DNA of 64,000 bases. It comes from Clostridia bacterium (GTDB lineage Bacteria > Bacillota > Clostridia > RUG12999). A program made the translations under genes and the position numbers. The notes beneath the pieces are model-generated. The model had not been told where the DNA came from and did no database searches. It saw only the letters and a program-made list of their open reading frames with translations. This document shows, in pieces, positions 1 through 10,227 of this stretch (positions are counted from its first letter, which is position 1; each line of letters starts with the position of its first letter). The DNA is taken from positions 2,619 to 66,618 of the forward strand of contig JAAWTG010000008.1 of the NCBI GenBank assembly GCA_022801925.1, given 5' to 3'.

Positions 1-1
1 A

Positions 2-205
2 GTAAAACTGTTATCGGTTGAGGGCGTAACACCTACAAATGAAACAATACAGAACGGAACGTATAAAATCCAGCGTGATTTTGTATTCGTAACGCCCAAA
101 AACAAACAGCTTTCAGATGCGGCGCAGAAATTTATGGATTATGCGTCAAGCGCGGCGGCAGACGCTATGATTACAAAAGCAGGAGCTGTTCCTGTAAAGA
201 GATAG
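2..205 (+). CDS. pstS: Phosphate ABC transporter substrate-binding protein PstS, C-terminal fragment (5' end lies outside the window)
   Basis: Open frame from the window edge to TAG at 203-205. Translation ...QNGTYKIQRDFVFVTPKN...AGAVPVKR resembles PstS C-termini. pstCAB follows directly. Confidence 0.65.
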   Translation, partial: VKLLSVEGVTPTNETIQNGTYKIQRDFVFVTPKNKQLSDAAQKFMDYASSAAADAMITKAGAVPVKR

Positions 206-216
206 GAGCAGGTGCA

Positions 217-1098
217 ATGAGGAAATTAAGAAAAACAGCGGATATTTTTGAAAATTCAATGAACGCCGTATTTACTTTTTGCGGTTTTTTAGCTGTCGCG
301 TTTGTACTGATTATAACGCTGTTTCTTGTTGTCAGCGGTATTCCTGCTATAAAAGAAATCGGAATAATTGATTTTCTTTTCGGGACAAAATGGGCATCAA
401 CCGCCGCCAATGCCTCTTACGGCATAGCGTCGTTCATTTTGTCCTCCGTTTACGGAACAGCAGGAGCGATTATAATAGGCGTGCCGATAGGACTTATGTG
501 CGCGATATTTCTTGCTAAAATGTCAAACGACAAAACTTCTGGGCTTGTACGCTCGGCGGTTGATTTACTTTCGGGCATACCGTCTGTAGTCTACGGCTTA
601 CTCGGAATGATTATAATTGTGCCGATTGTCCGCGAGGTGTTTAACTTGCCGGACGGCGCAAATTTATTTTCGGCAATTATTGTGCTTGCAATAATGATTT
701 TACCGTCTGTAATTTCTGTATCGGAAACGGCGATACGCGCTGTACCCAAGGAATACGAGGAGGCTTCCCTCGCGCTCGGCGCAACAAAGACGGAAACGGT
801 GTTTAAGGTTATCGTTCCCGCCGCAAAAAGCGGCATACTTACCTCAGTTGTTTTGGGTATCGGCAGAGCTATAGGCGAGGCTATGGCGGTTATGATGGTT
901 GCCGGAAACGTGGCGAATATGCCGAATTTGTTTACAAGCGTCCGCTTTCTTACAACGGCGGTTGCAAGCGAGATGTCATATTCATCGGGACTTCAAAGGC
1001 AGGCGTTATTCTCCATCGCGCTGGTACTGTTCGCGTTTATAATGGCAATCAACTTTATATTGAATTTTGTTGTAAAGCGAGGCGGTAAAGATGAATAA
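217..1098 (+). CDS. pstC: Phosphate ABC transporter permease PstC
   Basis: 293-aa multi-TM ORF with the permease EAA-like loop (SLALGATKTETVFKVIVP). RBS GGAG upstream. Operon context. Confidence 0.9.
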   Translation: MRKLRKTADIFENSMNAVFTFCGFLAVAFVLIITLFLVVSGIPAIKEIGIIDFLFGTKWASTAANASYGIASFILSSVYGTAGAIIIGVPIGLMCAIFLAKMSNDKTSGLVRSAVDLLSGIPSVVYGLLGMIIIVPIVREVFNLPDGANLFSAIIVLAIMILPSVISVSETAIRAVPKEYEEASLALGATKTETVFKVIVPAAKSGILTSVVLGIGRAIGEAMAVMMVAGNVANMPNLFTSVRFLTTAVASEMSYSSGLQRQALFSIALVLFAFIMAINFILNFVVKRGGKDE

Positions 1099-1957
1099 CG
1101 GCATATCAACATCACGAAAAATCAAAAGCGCGGTATTAAACATAATAATGTACTTATCGGCAGGGCTTATATGTCTTATGCTTTTAGGTGTTATCGGATA
1201 TATTCTTATACGCGGTATTCCCAATATATCGTGGGGACTGCTTTCGTCAAAACCGAGCCTTATAAACGACACAATCGGAATACTGCCGAACATCTTAAAC
1301 ACGCTCTATATCATACTGATAACGCTTGTTATTGTACTTCCGATAGGAGTGGGCGCGGCGGTGTATCTCAATGAATACGCGAAAAATAAAAAAATTGTAA
1401 AAGCGATTGAGCTTGCAACGGAAACGCTTTCGGGCATACCGTCCATTATATACGGACTTGTCGGAATGTTAATCTTTGTTCAGTTCTTCTCGCTCGGAAC
1501 AAGCCTTATCGCAGGCGCGCTGACGCTTGTTATTATGACGCTGCCGACAATAATCAGGACAACGCAGGAGAGCCTGAAAACTGTTCCCAACGGCTATCGC
1601 GAAGGCTCTTTGGCTCTTGGCGCAGGCAAATGGTATATGATACGCACGGCTGTACTGCCCTCCGCGATTGACGGTATTGTTACGGGCTGTATTCTGTCAA
1701 TCGGAAGAATTGTCGGCGAAAGCGCGGCGTTATTGTTTACAGCAGGAATGGCAAATGAGATTTTAGGCATATATGAAAGCGTAATGCCGCAAAAGGCAGG
1801 CTCAACGCTTACGGTTGCGCTGTATATGTACGCAAAGGAACGCGGCGAGTTTGACATAGCCTTTTCGATTGCCGCGATACTTCTTATACTGACATTTATT
1901 ATAAATCTGTCGGCTAAGTTTACGGCAGCGGCACTGAAAAAAAGAAAGGAAAAGTAA
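1091..1957 (+). CDS. pstA: Phosphate ABC transporter permease PstA
   Basis: 288-aa permease ([20 protein letters not shown]). Overlaps pstC by 8 nt, suggesting translational coupling. Confidence 0.9.
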   Translation: MNNGISTSRKIKSAVLNIIMYLSAGLICLMLLGVIGYILIRGIPNISWGLLSSKPSLINDTIGILPNILNTLYIILITLVIVLPIGVGAAVYLNEYAKNKKIVKAIELATETLSGIPSIIYGLVGMLIFVQFFSLGTSLIAGALTLVIMTLPTIIRTTQESLKTVPNGYREGSLALGAGKWYMIRTAVLPSAIDGIVTGCILSIGRIVGESAALLFTAGMANEILGIYESVMPQKAGSTLTVALYMYAKERGEFDIAFSIAAILLILTFIINLSAKFTAAALKKRKEK

Positions 1958-1958
1958 G

Positions 1959-2711
1959 ATGGCTGATATTATGAAAGCAAAGAACTTGAATTTGTGGTAC
2001 GGCGCAAATCAAGCGTTAAAAAATATAAATATAGATATTCCCGAAAAGCAGATTACCGCGCTTATCGGTCCGTCAGGCTGCGGAAAGTCAACATTTCTGA
2101 AAACGCTCAACCGAATGAATGATTTGGTTGAGGGCTGCCGAATTGAGGGTGATATTACGCTTGACGGTATTGACATATACAAGGATATGAATGTTAATAT
2201 TTTAAGAAAGCGCGTAGGTATGGTGTTTCAGAAGCCTAATCCGTTCCCTATGAGTATTTATGACAATATCGCGTACGGTCCGAGAATACACGGCATTAAA
2301 TCAAGGGTAAGGCTTGATGAAATCGTGGAACATTCATTAAGACAGGCAGCGATATGGGACGAGTGCAAGGACAGATTAAAAAAAAGCGCGCTCGGTATGA
2401 GCGGCGGTCAGCAGCAGAGGTTGTGTATCGCTCGCGCATTGGCGGTTGAGCCGGAAATACTTTTAATGGACGAACCGACTTCCGCGCTTGACCCTATATC
2501 AACCTCGAAAATCGAGGACTTGGCGATAGAACTATGCGAAAATTACACGATTGTTATGGTAACGCACAATATGCAGCAAGCGGCAAGAATTGCAGATAAA
2601 ACAGCATTTTTCCTGCTTGGTGAGATTATTGAGTTTGACCAAACGGATAAAATGTTCTCCACTCCGCGTGATAAGCGGACAGAGGATTATATAACAGGAC
2701 GCTTCGGCTAA
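1959..2711 (+). CDS. pstB: Phosphate ABC transporter ATP-binding protein PstB
   Basis: Walker [13 protein letters not shown] signature LSGGQQQRL, Walker [12 protein letters not shown]. The N-terminus is typical of PstB. Confidence 0.95.
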   Translation: MADIMKAKNLNLWYGANQALKNINIDIPEKQITALIGPSGCGKSTFLKTLNRMNDLVEGCRIEGDITLDGIDIYKDMNVNILRKRVGMVFQKPNPFPMSIYDNIAYGPRIHGIKSRVRLDEIVEHSLRQAAIWDECKDRLKKSALGMSGGQQQRLCIARALAVEPEILLMDEPTSALDPISTSKIEDLAIELCENYTIVMVTHNMQQAARIADKTAFFLLGEIIEFDQTDKMFSTPRDKRTEDYITGRFG

Positions 2712-2729
2712 AGAAAGGATTGTTTAAGT

Positions 2730-3377
2730 ATGAGAAATAGATTTGATGAGCAGTTAGCACGGTTAAACAATGAGCTTACCGAGATGGGCGCATTATGCGA
2801 GGAAGCAATAAGCGGATGTGTGAAATATCTTATAGACAAGGATATTGCTATGCGCGATAATACGCTTGAAGCCGACAAGCAGATAGACCAAAAGGAACGC
2901 GATATAGAAAGGCTTTGTATGAAGCTATTGATGCAGCAGCAGCCTGTGGCGACAGATTTGCGCGTCATATCCTCCGCGCTTAAAATGATTTCGGATATGG
3001 AACGTATCGGCGACCAAGCGTCTGATATTGCGGAGATTGTAAAGCATATTCAAAAAAGCAATCTTGAAAGCAACACGCACATATCCGATATGGCAAGAGC
3101 GACTATAAGAATGGTTACTGACAGCGTAGAGTCTTTTGTTAAAAAGGATATTTCCCTTGCCGAAGCTGTAATAAAGAATGATGACGAGGTGGACGCATTG
3201 TTTAATAAGGTCAAAAATGAATTGATACAGGCAGTACAGCAGTCGGAGGACGATGCCGAAGCGTTGATTGATTTACTGATGATAGCGAAGTATTTTGAAC
3301 GCATAGGCGACCACGCGGAAAACATTGCGGAATGGGTTATATACTCTATTACGGGAAAGCACGCAAATTTTAGTTAA
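2730..3377 (+). CDS. phoU: Phosphate signalling complex protein PhoU
   Basis: 215-aa protein with two PhoU repeats (IGDQASDIAE / IGDHAENIAE). Immediately downstream of pstB. Confidence 0.9.
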   Translation: MRNRFDEQLARLNNELTEMGALCEEAISGCVKYLIDKDIAMRDNTLEADKQIDQKERDIERLCMKLLMQQQPVATDLRVISSALKMISDMERIGDQASDIAEIVKHIQKSNLESNTHISDMARATIRMVTDSVESFVKKDISLAEAVIKNDDEVDALFNKVKNELIQAVQQSEDDAEALIDLLMIAKYFERIGDHAENIAEWVIYSITGKHANFS

Positions 3378-3382
3378 AATAA

Positions 3383-4942
3383 TTGTTATTAAGGAGAAAT
3401 ATTATGCAGAAAAAACTATTTTCACTACTGTTAGTAGCAGTAATATCAGTTTCATGTGCCAATATCTCTGCTTTGGCAGAGGAAGCGGCAAAAACGCAGT
3501 CTAAAATTTTTATAAACGGTAAACAGGCTGATATAAACGGATATAATGTCAAGGACAATAATTACTTTAAGCTAAGAGATTTGGGGAGATTATTGGATTT
3601 TGGAGTGGAATGGGACAAAATGACCAATTCAATATATATAGACACTTCAAAAGGATATACGGAAAATGATATATCGGAATGGACAGCTAAACAGTACAGC
3701 GTTGCAGTACCTCAGAAATATAAAGTACCGTTCTCATACTCAAAGACAGGTTATTTTGAAAACGGTCTTACACCGGGCTACGGCTCTGCTGTTACATTTA
3801 AGGGTTATAACGCTAACGGAGAAATGGAGTTTTATGCCATAAGTGACAGAGGACCAAACGCTGACGCTCCTCAATATAAAATCGGCGGAAATATATCTGA
3901 CGCAAAGATTTTTCCCTGTCCCGATTTCACTCTGGGCATAGCGGTAATTACGTTAAAAGGTAATGAAGCTGTTGTAACATCTGCAATAGAGCTAAAAGAT
4001 ATGAAAGGAAAAAATATCACAGGACTTCCGCTTAAACCGGGACTTGTAGGAGCAACCAATGAAGCAGCTCTCGATATGAACCTTAATAATATCGGATATG
4101 ATGATAACGGACTTGATACAGAGGGTATCGCAGTTGATAAAGATGGTAATTTTTGGGTATGCGATGAATATGGTCCTTTTATCGCTAAATTTGCGCCCGA
4201 TGGCACACAGCTTGCCAAATACGCGCCTGCAAGCGGACTTGATGAAGTTCTCAAGTATAGAATACCAAACAGAGGTTTTGAGGGTATTACTATTACACCG
4301 TCAGGAAAAATACTTGCCTCAATGCAAAGCGTATTAGATGTAAACGGAGAAACATCAAAAACAGCTTGCTTTACCCGTATAGTTGAACTTGACCCCAAAA
4401 CAGGTAAAACAAAAACATACGCATATCCGGTAGATGTTTCCGCGTATAACTCGCCTAAAGATTGTAAAATAGGCGATATTTATGCGATAGATGATAATAC
4501 CGTTCTTGTAATAGAGCAAGGAAAGCTTGCTGACAAAACAATGCGTAATATAATCTATAAGGTTGATTTGACAAACGCAACAGATATAACCGACGTAAAA
4601 TATAACGGACAACATCTAGAATATGCAAAATCCGCAGAGGAGCTTAACATAAGCTTCGCCCAAAAAGAAAAAATGATAGATTTAAGAGCTATGGGCTGGA
4701 CAGCGGAAAAAGCCGAAGGCTTATGTATGACAGATGAAAATACTATTGCCGTAATAAATGATAATGATTTCGGAATTACCGCAAAGGTTACGGACAAAGA
4801 CAATGATACTGCAATAACAAATTACATATATGACAGTAACATCAGAGCATATGAGCTTAATGGAAAAAGAGCTGACCCGACTATAACAATAGATAAGAAC
4901 ACCGAGTCTGCGCAGCTTTGGTTGTTTAAGAAAAATATGTAA
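3383..4942 (+). CDS. Secreted beta-propeller phosphoesterase, phytase-like esterase family (putative Pho-regulon phosphatase)
   Basis: Signal peptide. Motifs SDRGPNADAP, GLDTEGIAVDKDGNFWVCDEYGP, NRGFEGITITPSG and AEGLCMTDENTIAVINDNDFG resemble the esterase-like-activity-of-phytase family. It sits 5 nt after phoU, inside the pst-pho cluster. Confidence 0.4.
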   Translation: MLLRRNIMQKKLFSLLLVAVISVSCANISALAEEAAKTQSKIFINGKQADINGYNVKDNNYFKLRDLGRLLDFGVEWDKMTNSIYIDTSKGYTENDISEWTAKQYSVAVPQKYKVPFSYSKTGYFENGLTPGYGSAVTFKGYNANGEMEFYAISDRGPNADAPQYKIGGNISDAKIFPCPDFTLGIAVITLKGNEAVVTSAIELKDMKGKNITGLPLKPGLVGATNEAALDMNLNNIGYDDNGLDTEGIAVDKDGNFWVCDEYGPFIAKFAPDGTQLAKYAPASGLDEVLKYRIPNRGFEGITITPSGKILASMQSVLDVNGETSKTACFTRIVELDPKTGKTKTYAYPVDVSAYNSPKDCKIGDIYAIDDNTVLVIEQGKLADKTMRNIIYKVDLTNATDITDVKYNGQHLEYAKSAEELNISFAQKEKMIDLRAMGWTAEKAEGLCMTDENTIAVINDNDFGITAKVTDKDNDTAITNYIYDSNIRAYELNGKRADPTITIDKNTESAQLWLFKKNM

Positions 4943-4948
4943 TCAATA

Positions 4949-4977
4949 TTGTAATGCGTCTAAAATTGTTATATAAT
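4949..4977 (+). promoter_or_regulatory. Sigma-70-like promoter (TTGTAA-N17-TATAAT) upstream of the response-regulator gene
   Basis: Hexamers at 4949-4954 and 4972-4977 with an exact 17-nt spacer. Confidence 0.4.
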
Positions 4978-4988
4978 GATGTATGTAA

Positions 4989-5012
4989 GGGCGGCCTTTG
5001 CAGCCGCCCATT
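4989..5012 (+). terminator. GC hairpin (GGGCGGC-ctttgca-GCCGCCC) followed by ATTTAT. Weak terminator or attenuator between the phytase-like gene and phoP.
   Basis: 7-bp perfect GC stem at 4989-4995 / 5003-5009. The trailing U-tract is short. Confidence 0.35.
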
Positions 5013-5033
5013 TATGACAAGGAGGTGTTTTGT

Positions 5034-5714
5034 GTGATTTATTTGGTTGAGGATGATGACAATATCAGAAAGCTCGTAAGCTATGCCCTGTGCAAAGAGG
5101 GCTTTAACGTAAAGGATTTTTCATCACCGATTGAATTTTGGAACGAAATAAATAATAATATTCCCAAACTGATTTTGCTTGATATTATGCTCCCTGATGA
5201 GGACGGATTATCGGTTTTGAAGCGACTTAGAGAAAAATCCCAAACAAAAGATATTCCCGTTATTATGCTTACCGCAAAAGGCAGCGAATTTGACAAGGTA
5301 ACAGGGCTTGATATGGGAGCTGACGATTACATTGCAAAGCCTTTTGGAATGACTGAGCTTATATCGCGTATCCGTGCGGTACTCCGCAGATATGACAAAA
5401 CGCATACTGATAAAATATATAAAATCGGTGAATTATATGTAAATCCCGCAAAACATATTATAGAGGTTTCGGGTGATAATATTTCACTGTCGTATAAAGA
5501 ATATTCGCTTTTAATAGTCTTGCTGGAGGCAGATGGAAATGTTGTGGAACGCGAAACGCTGTTGACAAAGGTATGGGGCGAGTTTTACGCGGAGTCGAGA
5601 ACGCTTGACGTGCATATAAGAAATCTCCGCGTTAAGCTCGGATCGGCAGGAAATATAATAGAAACAGTTAAGGGTATCGGATATAAGATAGGCGGTGCTG
5701 AAAATGAACAGTAA
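5034..5714 (+). CDS. OmpR/PhoB-family response regulator (PhoP-like)
   Basis: Receiver domain (LVEDD...LDIMLPDEDG...MLTAKG) plus a winged-helix C-terminus. GTG start at 5034 sits 7 nt after AAGGAGGTG; the longer ORF from 4998 lacks an RBS. Confidence 0.85.
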   Translation: MIYLVEDDDNIRKLVSYALCKEGFNVKDFSSPIEFWNEINNNIPKLILLDIMLPDEDGLSVLKRLREKSQTKDIPVIMLTAKGSEFDKVTGLDMGADDYIAKPFGMTELISRIRAVLRRYDKTHTDKIYKIGELYVNPAKHIIEVSGDNISLSYKEYSLLIVLLEADGNVVERETLLTKVWGEFYAESRTLDVHIRNLRVKLGSAGNIIETVKGIGYKIGGAENEQ

Positions 5715-7038
5715 AATATTTCGTTCCTCTTTTTTCACAGCCTTTCTTGTCTTAATCGCCGCTATTGTTTTTATTATGGGCATTTTGTTTGATGTGTTTG
5801 AAAAGCAAATTCAACGTGAAGCCGCAACAGAAGCGGAGTATCTTGCCCGCGCCGTTGAAAGCGAGGAAGCAGATTTTTTAAGTGAATTCAACGGAACAGA
5901 CAGAAGAATAACCTTGATAGACGCGGACGGTGATGTTCTGTTCGATAATCAAACGAATGCGGACGCTCTTGACAACCACGCCGAGCGTGAGGAAATAAAA
6001 CAGGCAATGGAAACGGGTAAGGGTATGAGCGCGCGCTATTCCAAGACCTTGACGGAAAAGACACTATATTATGCCGTAAAACTTTCTGACAGCAGCATTT
6101 TAAGAGTTTCCACCAATCAATATACGGTTGTTACAATTCTATTGGGGCTGTTGCAGCCTATTCTTGTTATTTTAGTTTTAGCGTTGATTTTAACCGCTGT
6201 TTTATCTTCAAAAGTATCAAAGGCAATTATCAAGCCTATAAACGAGCTTGATTTGGAAAATCCCGAAAAGAACGAAGCCTATGAGGAATTAACGCCTCTT
6301 TTAAGAAAAATATCAAAACAGAAAGCTACAATAAATCAGCAGATGTCAGAGCTTAAAAAGAAGGATAATATGCGTCGGGAGTTTACCGCAAATGTTTCAC
6401 ACGAGCTTAAAACGCCGCTTACCTCTATATCCGGTTTTGCGGAGCTTATGAAAAACGGTGATATTCCAAATGAAACTGTAACTGATTTTTCAAAATCAAT
6501 TTATGACGAAAGCCAACGGCTTATTTCTTTGGTAAACGATATTATAAAGATTTCCGAGCTTGACGAAAAAAGTATATCGCTTGAAAGTGAAAGCGTTGAC
6601 TTATACGAGCTGTCAAAGGAGATTATTGACCGCTTAACGAGCGAAGCGAAAAAAAATAATGTGACGCTTAACTTAATCGGCGCAAATGCGGAAATAATCG
6701 GCGTAAGGAAAATACTTGACGAAATGATTTACAATCTTTGCGATAATGCTATAAAGTATAATAAGGAAAATGGCAGAGTTGATATTGTCTTAAACTCGAC
6801 AGAGTACAGAGTTTATCTTACAGTAAGAGATACGGGAATAGGTATTCCGAAAGAACATCAGTCAAGAGTTTTTGAACGCTTTTACAGGGTGGATAAAAGC
6901 CATTCTAAAAAGGTCGGCGGCACAGGCTTGGGGCTTGCAATCGTAAAACACGGAGCTATGTATCATAACGCGGATGTATCCCTTGAAAGCACAGAGGGCA
7001 AAGGCACAAGCATTACGGTTAGTTTTGATAAGATGTGA
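5704..7038 (+). CDS. Sensor histidine kinase (PhoR-like)
   Basis: Two TM segments, HisKA H-box FTANVSHELKTPLTSI, HATPase N/G boxes (NLCDNAIKYN, GGTGLGLAIV). Overlaps the regulator gene. Start could be GTG 5695 or ATG 5704. Confidence 0.85.
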   Translation: MNSKIFRSSFFTAFLVLIAAIVFIMGILFDVFEKQIQREAATEAEYLARAVESEEADFLSEFNGTDRRITLIDADGDVLFDNQTNADALDNHAEREEIKQAMETGKGMSARYSKTLTEKTLYYAVKLSDSSILRVSTNQYTVVTILLGLLQPILVILVLALILTAVLSSKVSKAIIKPINELDLENPEKNEAYEELTPLLRKISKQKATINQQMSELKKKDNMRREFTANVSHELKTPLTSISGFAELMKNGDIPNETVTDFSKSIYDESQRLISLVNDIIKISELDEKSISLESESVDLYELSKEIIDRLTSEAKKNNVTLNLIGANAEIIGVRKILDEMIYNLCDNAIKYNKENGRVDIVLNSTEYRVYLTVRDTGIGIPKEHQSRVFERFYRVDKSHSKKVGGTGLGLAIVKHGAMYHNADVSLESTEGKGTSITVSFDKM

Positions 7039-7041
7039 AAT

Positions 7042-7419
7042 TTAATTGATATATTTTGTGGATAGATAGACAATTCTCAAATCTTTTGAGATGTTATATG
7101 CGCATATAAAACTCCGTATCTTTCGCCAAATATCACTCATCATTTCATTTATTTCTATTACCTTTTCGCCGGATATGTATCTGTTACCGTTGGCAATCCT
7201 TGCAATTTGGTTTATGTTAGTTCCGATGTGATTTAACTCTTTGTAAATTTTCAGCAATTCCTCTGTAGGAAGCGGTTTTATTTCACAGGCTTGAATTAAT
7301 TTTGTCAGCACCGTAGTTTTTGTAAGTCCTGATTTTTCTGCAAGTATGTCGAGTTTGTGTTTGTCTTTATCGGACAGATAAAACTGTACTTTGTTGTTTT
7401 TATATCTCATATAAGTCAT
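7042..7419 (-). CDS. Plasmid mobilization relaxosome accessory protein MobC
   Basis: 125-aa protein with the MobC-family pattern (ribbon-helix-helix-like N-terminus, ...LNHIGTNINQIARIANGN...). Confidence 0.65.
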   Translation of the reverse strand: MTYMRYKNNKVQFYLSDKDKHKLDILAEKSGLTKTTVLTKLIQACEIKPLPTEELLKIYKELNHIGTNINQIARIANGNRYISGEKVIEINEMMSDIWRKIRSFICAYNISKDLRIVYLSTKYIN

Positions 7420-7594
7420 TCCTTTCTATGGGGGATTGGGGGCTTTGCCACCAACAAGTGGGCATTTGGGAGTACAAATGCTATGCTTGCAAGTACAAAA
7501 ACGGTTATTTATATATTTTAAAAGTTAAACTGCTTCAAAGTATAATTCTGGTTGACAGTTTAACTAATACATCATTTTATATGTTTTCGGCATT

Positions 7595-7730
7595 GATACA
7601 GTATTAAATTTCCGATATATCAATACTGCTTTTTATAACAGACATATAACATTAAAAATTTCAATACTGAAATTTAAAATAATCAATATTATTGCAATAT
7701 CGAAAATATATATTTTCAATACCGCATAAT
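7595..7730. promoter_or_regulatory. AT-rich region with repeated CAATACTG motifs in direct and inverted orientation (candidate oriT, or operator for the excisionase promoter)
   Basis: CAGTATT at 7599, CAATACTG at 7621 and 7663 (the latter inside the palindrome AAATTTCA-atac-TGAAATTT), CAATACCG at 7717. Confidence 0.35.
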
Positions 7731-7769
7731 TACCATATCATAAAAGTTCTCATAATTATCCTCCATTCC

Positions 7770-7985
7770 TTACTCAATTCTGCGGACGTCATCACGGTTT
7801 AACAGATTTCTTCCCTGATTGATACTTAGAAATCTTTCAAGTGCGTCAGTGCGAATGATATTCTTTCTCCCGACTTTAAGCACGGGCAACTTATTCCACT
7901 CGACTAACTTACGCATAGTATTTCTACCAATACCTGTGTATTCTGCCGCTTCTTCAATAGTCATACCTATTTTGACGTTCATCAT
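7770..7985 (-). CDS. Excisionase-family DNA-binding protein (Tn916 Xis-like)
   Basis: 71-aa HTH protein, ...MTIEEAAEYTGIGRNTMRKLV...RKNIIRTDALERFL, the typical Xis pattern. Sits upstream of the integrase. Confidence 0.7.
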   Translation of the reverse strand: MMNVKIGMTIEEAAEYTGIGRNTMRKLVEWNKLPVLKVGRKNIIRTDALERFLSINQGRNLLNRDDVRRIE

Positions 7986-8052
7986 AGCTGTTCCTCCTTT
8001 CTTATGTATTCAAAATACAACTGTTGTGTTATGATTATACGCTTATTTTTAT

Positions 8053-8117
8053 AAGTTGTCAACATTAATTGCAACTTATTATTAAATATTTTTAATCTTG
8101 GGTTGCATTTGACAACC
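8053..8117. promoter_or_regulatory. Operator-like inverted repeats (GTTGTCAA...TGCAAC) upstream of the element's XRE regulator
   Basis: AAGTTGtcaacattaattgCAACTT at 8053-8077, with a related copy GGTTGCATTTGACAACC at 8101-8117. An extended -10 (TGgTATAAT) follows near 8166-8174. Confidence 0.35.
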
Positions 8118-8204
8118 TTGTGTGTTATAATAACACTGCGCACACAACGCGTGCTGGTAGTTATGGTATAATGATTATGAAATAAACTTACAGGAGGTAA
8201 AAGA

Positions 8205-8849
8205 ATGGAGGAAAAAACAAATGTCTACACTGCAAAACAAATAGGCGCACGAATAAAAGAACGCCGTAAAGAATTAGGAATTTCAATGGAAACACTCGGC
8301 AATGCGCTTGGAGTAAATAAATCCACTATTCAAAGATATGAAGCAAGAGGTATTGATTCTAAAAAGAATTATATCCTTATATCTATTGCAGACGCGCTTG
8401 ATACAACTGTTGAATGGCTGACAGGATTAAGTGATGACCGCAATTACAATATTTCTGATATATGTAAGTCAGAACTTGATAAACATATCACATCTTATAT
8501 AGCTGAACTAATTGAAAGTGTACCCGCTCAAGAACATCAGCAAATGCTGACAAGTATACTCGGCTGTTTTATAGATATGTTCAGTATACTGAGTAATCAT
8601 TTCGGAATAGCTATGAAGTCAATAGCTGATATAGAGAATGATATGGAATTAAAATCATCTTTGACTAAATACGCACTTAATTCAGGCGATATTTCCGAAA
8701 AGGTATATCAGCAGGAAATGGAACAGCCTATTGAGGACTTTAAGCAAATGGCGGATTGTATGCTTCATATATTTGATAACGATGGAAAAAGCCATATAGC
8801 CCAAGTTTATGAAATCAGAAATACGGCAAGACAGAATTTCAAAAAATAA
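8205..8849 (+). CDS. XRE-family HTH transcriptional regulator with a C-terminal domain of unknown function
   Basis: N-terminal HTH_3 (IGARIKERRKELGISMETLGNALGVNKSTIQRYE). Strong RBS. Confidence 0.6.
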   Translation: MEEKTNVYTAKQIGARIKERRKELGISMETLGNALGVNKSTIQRYEARGIDSKKNYILISIADALDTTVEWLTGLSDDRNYNISDICKSELDKHITSYIAELIESVPAQEHQQMLTSILGCFIDMFSILSNHFGIAMKSIADIENDMELKSSLTKYALNSGDISEKVYQQEMEQPIEDFKQMADCMLHIFDNDGKSHIAQVYEIRNTARQNFKK

Positions 8850-8939
8850 CATCGTGGCTATTGCAAAAAGATAAATATTATGTTAATCTAAGTACACAAC
8901 ATATGTTACAGTACCGATTGCCACGAGAAAGGAGTTAAA

Positions 8940-10220
8940 ATGGCAAAAGGTTCAGTAAGAAAGAAAGGCAAAAAGTGGTATTACAGATTTTATGTTGAGG
9001 ACAAAAGCGGAAACCTTGTTCAAAAGGAATTTGCAGGCACAGAAAGCAAGAGTGAAACACAGGCTATGCTTCGTAAGGCAATGGAGGATTATGAAAGTAA
9101 AAAATTCATTGCCGAGTCAAAGAATGTAACGCTCGGTGATTTGCTTGATATGTGGATTGATGAGGAAGTTAAACCCGGCAATTTGAGCAATGGAACTGTT
9201 ATGGCATATGAGGGAACGATAAGACGTATTAAACAGCACCCTATCGGGAAACGCAAGCTGAAAAGTATTACATCAGACCATCTTCAATCATATATGGACT
9301 TGTTGAGTTTTGGCGATAAAAACAACAAAGCTTTAAGCAAGGGATATATGCGATTATTTTCAGCAGTATTACAAGGCTCATTCAGGTTTGCGGTATTTCC
9401 CAAAAGATTGATTACATTCAATCCAATGCAGTATGTCATACGGCGTGAAAAGAAAGAGGAAGTCAACATCTTTGAAAATGATAATAATGGAAGTGAAACA
9501 CAAACAATTACTCACAATCAATACTTAAAGCTGACAGAATATCTCAAAGATAAAAACAATCCTGCATTACTTCCCTTACAGATAGCATATTATACGGGTT
9601 TGCGAATTGGTGAAGTATGCGGCTTAACTTGGCAGGATATTAACCTTGATGAACAATATCTGACAGTAAGGCGAAGTATGCGATATAACGGTGAACGACA
9701 TAAGACAGAAATCGGAGTTACAAAGCGTAACAAAATCCGTACCGTTGACATTTGCGATACTCTGACTGTTATTCTTCGTAAAGCAAAGACGGAGCAAATG
9801 AAAAACCGATTGAAGTACGGAAACTTGTATAGCTTAAACTATTACAAAACCGTCAAGGAAAAAGACCGTACATATTATGAAGTTTATGCTTTGCCTATGA
9901 CAGAAGAAAAGCCGGAGGATTACAAAGAAATTGGCTTTGTATGTACTCACGCAGATGGTGTGTTTGAATCAACAAGTGCAGTTGGTCAAATGTGCAGGAC
10001 AGCAAGAAAAAAGGTAAAAGGGATAGAAAACTTCCATTTTCATTTGCTCAGGCACACATTCACGAGCAACCTGTTGTCAAACGGTGCAGCACCAAAAGAT
10101 GTGCAGGAACTTCTCGGACACGCTGACGTAAGTACCACTATGAACATTTACGCACACTCAACAAGAGAATCAAAACACAATTCCACAAAACTGCTTGATA
10201 AAGTAGTCGGTGGAAACTAA
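8940..10220 (+). CDS. Tyrosine-type site-specific integrase
   Basis: C-terminal catalytic box [40 protein letters not shown]...H.xR...Y. Confidence 0.9.
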   Translation: MAKGSVRKKGKKWYYRFYVEDKSGNLVQKEFAGTESKSETQAMLRKAMEDYESKKFIAESKNVTLGDLLDMWIDEEVKPGNLSNGTVMAYEGTIRRIKQHPIGKRKLKSITSDHLQSYMDLLSFGDKNNKALSKGYMRLFSAVLQGSFRFAVFPKRLITFNPMQYVIRREKKEEVNIFENDNNGSETQTITHNQYLKLTEYLKDKNNPALLPLQIAYYTGLRIGEVCGLTWQDINLDEQYLTVRRSMRYNGERHKTEIGVTKRNKIRTVDICDTLTVILRKAKTEQMKNRLKYGNLYSLNYYKTVKEKDRTYYEVYALPMTEEKPEDYKEIGFVCTHADGVFESTSAVGQMCRTARKKVKGIENFHFHLLRHTFTSNLLSNGAAPKDVQELLGHADVSTTMNIYAHSTRESKHNSTKLLDKVVGGN

Positions 10221-10227
10221 ACAAAAA

